Of a DNA stretch of 41,214 nt, positions 35,859 through 41,214 are shown piece after piece. A program made the position numbers and the translations under genes. The DNA lies in assembly GCA_016235455.1 (NCBI GenBank), contig JACRKZ010000133.1:1-41214 (forward strand), given 5' to 3'. How positions within the stretch are numbered: position 1 is the first letter of the stretch; every line of letters starts with the position of its first letter. The notes under the pieces are model-generated. The model was given only the letters and a program-made list of their open reading frames with translations. It did no database searches and was not told where the DNA came from. This DNA is from Armatimonadota bacterium (GTDB taxonomy: Bacteria; Armatimonadota; UBA10988).

Positions 35859-36500
35859 ATGACCACCGCACAAGCGGTCGACCAGCAACTGGCGCTACGC
35901 GCCGCGGTGCGCACCGAGCCGCTCGACATAGCTAAGGTGCGACTGGTGGCTGGTGCTGACATCTCCTATCGTCGCTGGGACGAGGATCTGCGCGTGGCCA
36001 TCACCGTGGTCAGCCTGCCTGATCTGGCGCTGGCGGAAGTGGTGACGCTCACCACGCGCTCACCGTTCCCGTATGTGCCGGGCCTGCTGAGCTTCCGCGA
36101 GCTGCCGCCGCTGCTGGCGGCGTGGCAGCAGTTGCGAGTGCGACCCGATGCCCTGCTCTGCGACGGCCATGGCCGCGCCCATCCGCGGCGCTTCGGGCTG
36201 GCCTGCCACGCCGGCCTGACGCTCGACCTGCCGTCCGTGGGCTGCGCCAAGTCGGTACTGGTTGGCCGGGCCGAGCCGCCGGGCGACTGGCGCGGCGCCA
36301 CTAGCGAGTTGCGGCTCGATGGCGAGGTCATCGGCCGGGCGCTGCGCACGCGAGCCGGCGTCAAGCCCGTCTACGTGTCCGTGGGCCACCGCGTGACACT
36401 CGACGACGCGGTCGCCCTGGTGCTGGCCTGCCAGCGGAAGTACCGGCTGCCCGAGCCCACACGGCTGGCCCACCAGCAGGCGCAGCCGCCGCGCGCCTAG
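35859..36500 (+). CDS. nfi: Endonuclease V (deoxyinosine 3' endonuclease)
   Basis: VAGADISY, FPYVPGLLSFRE, CDGHGRAHPRRFGLACH, VGCAKS, PVYVSVGH, YRLPEPTRLAH. GGAGG RBS; TATCAT box at 35832. Confidence 0.96.
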   Translation: MTTAQAVDQQLALRAAVRTEPLDIAKVRLVAGADISYRRWDEDLRVAITVVSLPDLALAEVVTLTTRSPFPYVPGLLSFRELPPLLAAWQQLRVRPDALLCDGHGRAHPRRFGLACHAGLTLDLPSVGCAKSVLVGRAEPPGDWRGATSELRLDGEVIGRALRTRAGVKPVYVSVGHRVTLDDAVALVLACQRKYRLPEPTRLAHQQAQPPRA

Positions 36501-37703
36501 ATCGCGGCGCCGGACTCGCGCTTGGCGCGCTCAAAGCAGTCGGGGCAGATGCCATGGCTGAAATGTGCGTCGGTGTGCTGGGAGATGTACTGCTCCAACT
36601 GGTCCCACGACTCGCGCTCATTGCGAATCTTCTTGCAGTACATGCAGATGGAGACGATCCCCTCGAGCCGCTTGACCCGGTCCAGGCTGGCCTGCAGCAC
36701 GGCCTTCTGCTCCTCGAGCGCGGCCTGCTGGCGCTTCTGCTCGCCGATATCGGTGAGCGAGAAGACCGCATAGGCTTGCGCCCGCTCGGGGTAGATGCTG
36801 GTGCCCTGCAGCCACACCATGACGGTCTGGCCGTCCTTGCCGGTGAACGGCACCTCGCCGCGGTACACCCCGCGGTCGCGAATGCCTTCGTAGAACAACC
36901 GGCCATAGTGCTCGAACTCGGCGTCGGTGGCGTACAGGCAGCGCGTGCCGCGGTTGGTCAGTTGGCCCGGCGGCCAACCCAGCATCGCCTCCATGGCCGG
37001 ATTGCAGCGCACGATGACCCGGTCGCGCAAGATGCACAGGCCCGAGGGCAGAGTCTCGAGCACGGCGGTCTCCTCGCCCAGGACCTCCTGCAATTGCTGC
37101 TCGGTGGCGCCCTGCGCCAGCAGCAGCACGCCAAAACCGTTGGTCAGCATCAGCAGATAGAGCGAGCCATACAGCAGCAGATGGATCGGATGGTCGGCGA
37201 ACAGGTTCGTCTCGGGCGGCGCGGTCAGCGCCCATCCGGCCCGGGCCAGCAGCACCCCGACGACCACCAACTGGCTCACACCGAGCAGCAACCGCAGCAC
37301 TCGCGGCTCGCGCCTGGCGCGCACCATGGCCCACCCGCCTTGGGCCGGAAACAGGGCCAGCATCAGCGAAGCCAGCAGCACGCGGTGGGCCGGGGTCAGC
37401 AGCGCCAGCAGCAACGACGCGCCCAGGATCAACAAGGCCGATGCCGCTCGCCAGCGCGCCGTGGGTGGCCGGCCGACCAACGTCAGCATCGTCGCGCATT
37501 CGTAGGCCGCTCCCAGGTACAGCAGCAGGTTGCCACCCGACACACCGATGAGCGTGGGCAACACGTCGCGCAGGCAGATGAGTATGATGCCCGCGCCCTG
37601 CAAGAGCCGAGCAGCGACGAAATACGGAAGACGTCGCTCCCGCTGCTCACGCCACTGGTAGGCGGCCAGCGCCAAGCCAAAGACGACGTAGCCCGCCGCC
37701 AGA
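36497..37703 (-). CDS. Multi-TM membrane sensor with PAS domain and C-terminal CxxC...CxxC module; start codon unclear
   Basis: About 6 hydrophobic helices from LAAGYVVFGLAL. PAS (LETLPSGLCIL..RVIVRCNPAMEAMLGW...YRGEVPFTGKDG...DIGEQK). Ends LEGIVSICMYCKKIR...WDQLEQYI...FSHGICPDC. The ORF upstream of ~37700 is the antisense shadow of the M20 gene. Confidence 0.8.
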
Positions 37704-37867
37704 GCATCCTCGTGGCAGACCCGTAGTAACCACGCTTGACCGCTGGCGCCGCGCGACGGATTCGTGGTCGGGCGCCGGCGCCCCCTGCAATCGGCCGGCT
37801 GGTGTCGTACACTACCGTGCGGGGTCGCGCTCGCGAACGATTGGCGTACGCTCCTTGGAGGCTCGTT

Positions 37868-39064
37868 GTGAACCAGGATGCATCGGACCTGCTGGCGGCG
37901 ATGAGAGCCCACTGCACCGCCCACAACGAGGCTCACGACGACGACCACATCACCCTCAGCGAGATCCCCGCGCCAGCCTATGACGAGGGCCGACGGGGCG
38001 ATCACCTGGCCCTGCGCTTCGCGCAACTCGGGCTCGAAGCCATCGAGCGCACGCCCGTGGGCAACCTGCTGGCGCGCGTCGGCGCGGCCCACGATGGGCC
38101 TCGCATCGTGGTCTCGGCCCACCTCGATACGGTCTTTGCCCCCGACACCAAGCTCACCGTCCGACGCGACGGGCAGTTGCTCCATGGGCCGGGCATCGGC
38201 GACGACGCCTCGGGGTTGGCCCTGATGCTGGCGCTCGCCCAAGCCTGGCTGGCCGTCGGCGTCGAGGTGCCGGGTGAACTGTGGCTGGTGGCCACTGTCG
38301 GCGAGGAGAGCGTGGGCAACCTGCGCGGCGCGCGTGAACTGGCCGAGCAGGGCATCGCCGGTCGGCCGATCGACGCCTTCATCACGCTCGACAGCGCCGT
38401 GCCGGGCCAGATCATCCGCCACGGCACGCACTCGCGCAACCACCTCATCACGCTCAGCGGGCCGGGCGGCCATGCCTGGGGCGAGTATGGCGTCGTCAAC
38501 CCCAACCTGGTGATGGCCCAGATCGTCGCCAAGGTGGCCGGCTACCGGCCGCCGCGCATGCCGCGCACCACGCTCAATTGCGGCCTCCTGCACGGTGGCT
38601 TCGCGCCGAACGCTATCCCCGAACGCACCGAGGGGCATCTCAACCTGCGCAGCGAGTGCGGTGCGGAGATGGCCCGGCTCGATGCCTTCGCTCGTGCCGC
38701 CGTGGCCGAGGCCGTCCGCGAGGCCAACGACCGGCGCACCCACGGCCCCGAGTTGCGGGCGGACGTGCAGATCACCGCCCGGCATGGCGGGCAGACCCCC
38801 CCCGAGTCGCCGCTGGTGCAGGCCGCCGTGGCGGCGGCGCGGCGGCAGGGCTGGGCCATCTCGCATCCCTACAGCTCAACCGACGCCAACGCCTTCATGC
38901 CCGCCGGCATTCCGGCGGTTTGCCTCTACCGCGGTGACGGCGGCGGCGAACACACGCTGGAGGAGTGGTACAACAAGAGCACGCGCCCTGTCGCGGTCGA
39001 GGCGCTGGCCGAGACCATTCTGGGGTGGTTCGAGCGGCTCACTCAGGACGACGCCACCAGGTGA
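37868..39064 (+). CDS. M20/M25/M40 family metallopeptidase
   Basis: GTG 37868 after GGAGG. SAHLDTVF, GPGIGDDASG, ATVGEES.GNLRG, GPGGHAW, SSTDAN, EHTLEEWY. Confidence 0.92.
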   Translation: MNQDASDLLAAMRAHCTAHNEAHDDDHITLSEIPAPAYDEGRRGDHLALRFAQLGLEAIERTPVGNLLARVGAAHDGPRIVVSAHLDTVFAPDTKLTVRRDGQLLHGPGIGDDASGLALMLALAQAWLAVGVEVPGELWLVATVGEESVGNLRGARELAEQGIAGRPIDAFITLDSAVPGQIIRHGTHSRNHLITLSGPGGHAWGEYGVVNPNLVMAQIVAKVAGYRPPRMPRTTLNCGLLHGGFAPNAIPERTEGHLNLRSECGAEMARLDAFARAAVAEAVREANDRRTHGPELRADVQITARHGGQTPPESPLVQAAVAAARRQGWAISHPYSSTDANAFMPAGIPAVCLYRGDGGGEHTLEEWYNKSTRPVAVEALAETILGWFERLTQDDATR

Positions 39065-39890
39065 TGAAGTGGCGTGCCAGGCCCGACCGTTCACGGAACA
39101 GCTTGTGCGACCGCCAGATCAGGAAGCCCAGTGGGCCAGGCACGAAACCGACCTCGTCGACCGGCTCCAGACCAACACGCGCCATGAACCCGGCCAGATG
39201 GGTCCGAGCCATGGTGAGCATGTGCTGGTGGGGCCACGTGGTGACCTCAAAGGCCGTCCGCCGGCGCGCCCGCCAGTTGTTGCCGTCGGGCACTTCCACC
39301 ATCAGCAGCCCGCCCGGCCGCATCACACGCTTCATCTCGGCCAGCGCGCGATAGACCTCGATATCGTGCTCCAGCACGTGGCGCGCATGCACCAGGTCGA
39401 TGCTCTGGTCCTCGAACGGCATCGCTGTCATGCTGCCGAGGCGAATGTCCAGGCCGTTCTGCTTGGCCAGGTCCACCATCGGCTGCGCCAGGTCCACGCC
39501 GTGCGTGCGCCAGCCAACTTGGTTGCCCGCCTCCAGCATGTAGCCGTAGCTGGGGCCGATGTCGAGGAAATCACCCCGCTCCGGATGCATGGCGCTGAGC
39601 ACGCGCCAACGATGGCCGGCCGTGCGTCGCTTGCGCGGCAGGTAGCGGCCGTAGAGGTTGTAGTGATAGTCGAGATCGTAGTCGACCTCGGGCAGATCCG
39701 CGGGATCGCACGGATTGGCGTTCACCCACAACGCACAGTCCTCGCACCGATGCCATTGGCAATCGGCGCGTTCTCCCTGGAAGGTCTGCCTCCGCGGGCT
39801 GCCACACCATGGGCAGCGGTCCGCGGCGAACGCTAGCAGGCAAGCATCAAGATCGGGTGCGCCTGGCGGCACGGTGAGGCCACGGGTCAT
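39039..39890 (-). CDS. Class I SAM-dependent methyltransferase with N-terminal zinc-ribbon
   Basis: CPWC...CEDC, FLDIGPSYG, HGVDL, DLVHARHVLEH, MRPGGLLMVEVPD. GGAGA RBS before ATG 39890. Confidence 0.88.
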   Translation of the reverse strand: MTRGLTVPPGAPDLDACLLAFAADRCPWCGSPRRQTFQGERADCQWHRCEDCALWVNANPCDPADLPEVDYDLDYHYNLYGRYLPRKRRTAGHRWRVLSAMHPERGDFLDIGPSYGYMLEAGNQVGWRTHGVDLAQPMVDLAKQNGLDIRLGSMTAMPFEDQSIDLVHARHVLEHDIEVYRALAEMKRVMRPGGLLMVEVPDGNNWRARRRTAFEVTTWPHQHMLTMARTHLAGFMARVGLEPVDEVGFVPGPLGFLIWRSHKLFRERSGLARHFITWWRRPE

Positions 39891-39969
39891 ACGAGCAGTC
39901 TCTCCGGACAGCCTCAACCAGTCGGCGGCCCGAGCTTCGCCACCCAGGCCACCGACTGGTCGAAGGCTC

Positions 39970-40995
39970 TTACTTCATCAGCAGTTTCTGCGCCTCGGGC
40001 GAGTCGATGTTCTCTTTGGTCAAGATGAACACGCCGGTATCGACGCGCTTCTCGACCTTGCCGCCCTTGATGGCCGCCAGCGCCTGCTTGACGCCTTCGG
40101 CACCCATCTTGAATGGGTCCTGCAGCACCAGCGCCGAGACCACGCCCGCCTTGAGCTGCTCAACCTCCGCCGGTGAGCCGTCGAAGCCGACGATAATGAC
40201 CTTGCCGGCCTTGCCCGCGCTCTTGACCGCGTTGGCCGCGCCCACGACGCCCGGCTCATTGGCCGCGAAGATGCCCTTGAGGTTCGGCGACTTGGTGAGC
40301 ATGTCGTCGGTCACCTTGGCCGCGGTCTCGATCTTGGAATCGCTGAACAGCGTGGAGACCAGCTTGACCTTGCCGCCGGTCGCTTCCACGGCCTGCTTGA
40401 AGCCTTTCTCGCGGTCCTCGGAGCTGGCGGCGCCCTTGACGAAGGGGATGCAGCCGACGTCGCCGCTGCCGCCCATGAGCGCGATCAGCTTCTCGCCGCC
40501 CGTCTTGGCGCCGGCCACGTTGTCCGTGGCCACCAGGCTGCGGATCTTGTCGTAGTCCACGCCACTGTCGATGGTGATGACCGGCACACCGGCCGCTTCG
40601 GCCTTCTCGATGGTCGGCACGAGCGCCTTCGCATCACACGCGGCCATGACGATGGCGCTGACCTTGTTGGTGACGAAGTCCTCGATGATGGCCTTCTGGC
40701 CCGCAACGTCAGTCTCCTTGTCCGGGCCCTTCCAGATGACCGTCGCGCCGGCTTCCTTGGCGGCGGATTCGGCGCCGGCCTTGACCGTCGTCCAGAACTG
40801 ATGGGTCACCGCCTTGGGCACCACGGCGATCTTGATGTCGCCTGTGGCGGGCTTGGCCTCGGCGCCCTTCTGAGCGTCGCCCTTGGGCGCGACCGGCGGC
40901 GCCGCGTCTGGCGCCGGCTTGGGCGCGCAAGCAGCGATGAGCAACAGCGGCAGCGGCAGCAGGTATTTGGCGCTGCGAAGGCACTGGCGTAGCAT
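39970..40995 (-). CDS. Sugar ABC transporter substrate-binding lipoprotein (RbsB/Peripla_BP_4 family)
   Basis: Lipobox IAAC, IAVVPKAVTHQFW, GVPVITIDSG, VATDNVAGA, GIFAANE, IVGFDGS, LVLQDPFKMG. AGGAG RBS. Confidence 0.93.
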   Translation of the reverse strand: MLRQCLRSAKYLLPLPLLLIAACAPKPAPDAAPPVAPKGDAQKGAEAKPATGDIKIAVVPKAVTHQFWTTVKAGAESAAKEAGATVIWKGPDKETDVAGQKAIIEDFVTNKVSAIVMAACDAKALVPTIEKAEAAGVPVITIDSGVDYDKIRSLVATDNVAGAKTGGEKLIALMGGSGDVGCIPFVKGAASSEDREKGFKQAVEATGGKVKLVSTLFSDSKIETAAKVTDDMLTKSPNLKGIFAANEPGVVGAANAVKSAGKAGKVIIVGFDGSPAEVEQLKAGVVSALVLQDPFKMGAEGVKQALAAIKGGKVEKRVDTGVFILTKENIDSPEAQKLLMK

Positions 40996-41119
40996 CACGG
41001 GCTCCTCTCTTGCTGGCGGCAGCAGAGCTGCTCGCGACCAGCGCGGCTAGCCTACCACAACGCATGAGGCGATGCGGGTGCATGTCAGTATTCGGGAGTG
41101 AAGGCGGCAACCAAGAGGC

Positions 41120-41167
41120 GGGGAGGCGATCCTAGTGGTTACCACCGCCAAAAGGAGCCGCCTCCCC
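41120..41167 (+). promoter_or_regulatory. 5'-UTR hairpin that sequesters the RBS of the last gene
   Basis: GGGGAGGCG (41120-28) pairs with CGCCTCCCC (41159-67). TCCT (41130-33) pairs with AGGA (41153-56) of the AAGGAG RBS. Confidence 0.45.
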
Positions 41168-41214
41168 ATGACCGATCGTACCACTGTCGCGCGTGAAGTG
41201 CTCAGCAAGCTGAC
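41168..41214 (+). CDS. Start of an unidentified protein (MTDRTTVAREVLSKL...), truncated by the window edge
   Basis: ATG 41168 after AAGGAG; open to the end of the window. Confidence 0.55.
   Translation, partial: MTDRTTVAREVLSKL

Noticed and set aside
22672-36500. DNA-repair/competence cluster (tfoX-like, UVR-motif protein, pilin-like gene, nfi)
   Set aside because: The genes are kilobases apart in different transcription units. The UVR motif is a generic interaction module, and H-X9-DG proteins are not known competence pilins.
37704-38866. N-terminal 390 aa of the 789-aa ORF as part of the PAS protein
   Set aside because: It is the antisense shadow of the M20 peptidase plus intergenic DNA.

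Overview
GC-rich bacterial DNA, most likely Armatimonadota (inferred from the prepilin-type [32 protein letters not shown] / H-X9-DG protein and the many secreted glycan-active proteins). About 0.85-20 kb is a glycan-utilisation-like region: a large propeller/CBM protein, a tandem discoidin protein, a Gfo/Idh/MocA oxidoreductase, a sugar isomerase, a GH2, two unclassified GH-like proteins and a sulfatase. The rest is a mix of secreted hypotheticals, peptidases, a GxGYxYP protein, carbonic anhydrase, endonuclease V, a PAS protein, a methyltransferase and a sugar-binding lipoprotein. No rRNA, tRNA, CRISPR array or intact mobile element was seen. The most interesting signal is at 33988-35038. A small exported Cys/His-rich leader ORF ends in an RRGPP ribosome-arrest-type motif (CutF/CruR/DUF2946-like architecture). 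Its last codons can base-pair with the ribosome-binding site of a downstream pilin-like H-X9-DG gene, suggesting a metal- or secretion-sensing translational switch on a pseudopilin. Also notable: a promoterless head-to-head tfoX-like/DUF4380-like junction on a palindrome, a circularly permuted domain inserted in the GH2, an apparently dead gluzincin, and a cluster of broken genes (vapC, hicB, two frameshifts). Family assignments come from motif recognition by eye, not database searches.
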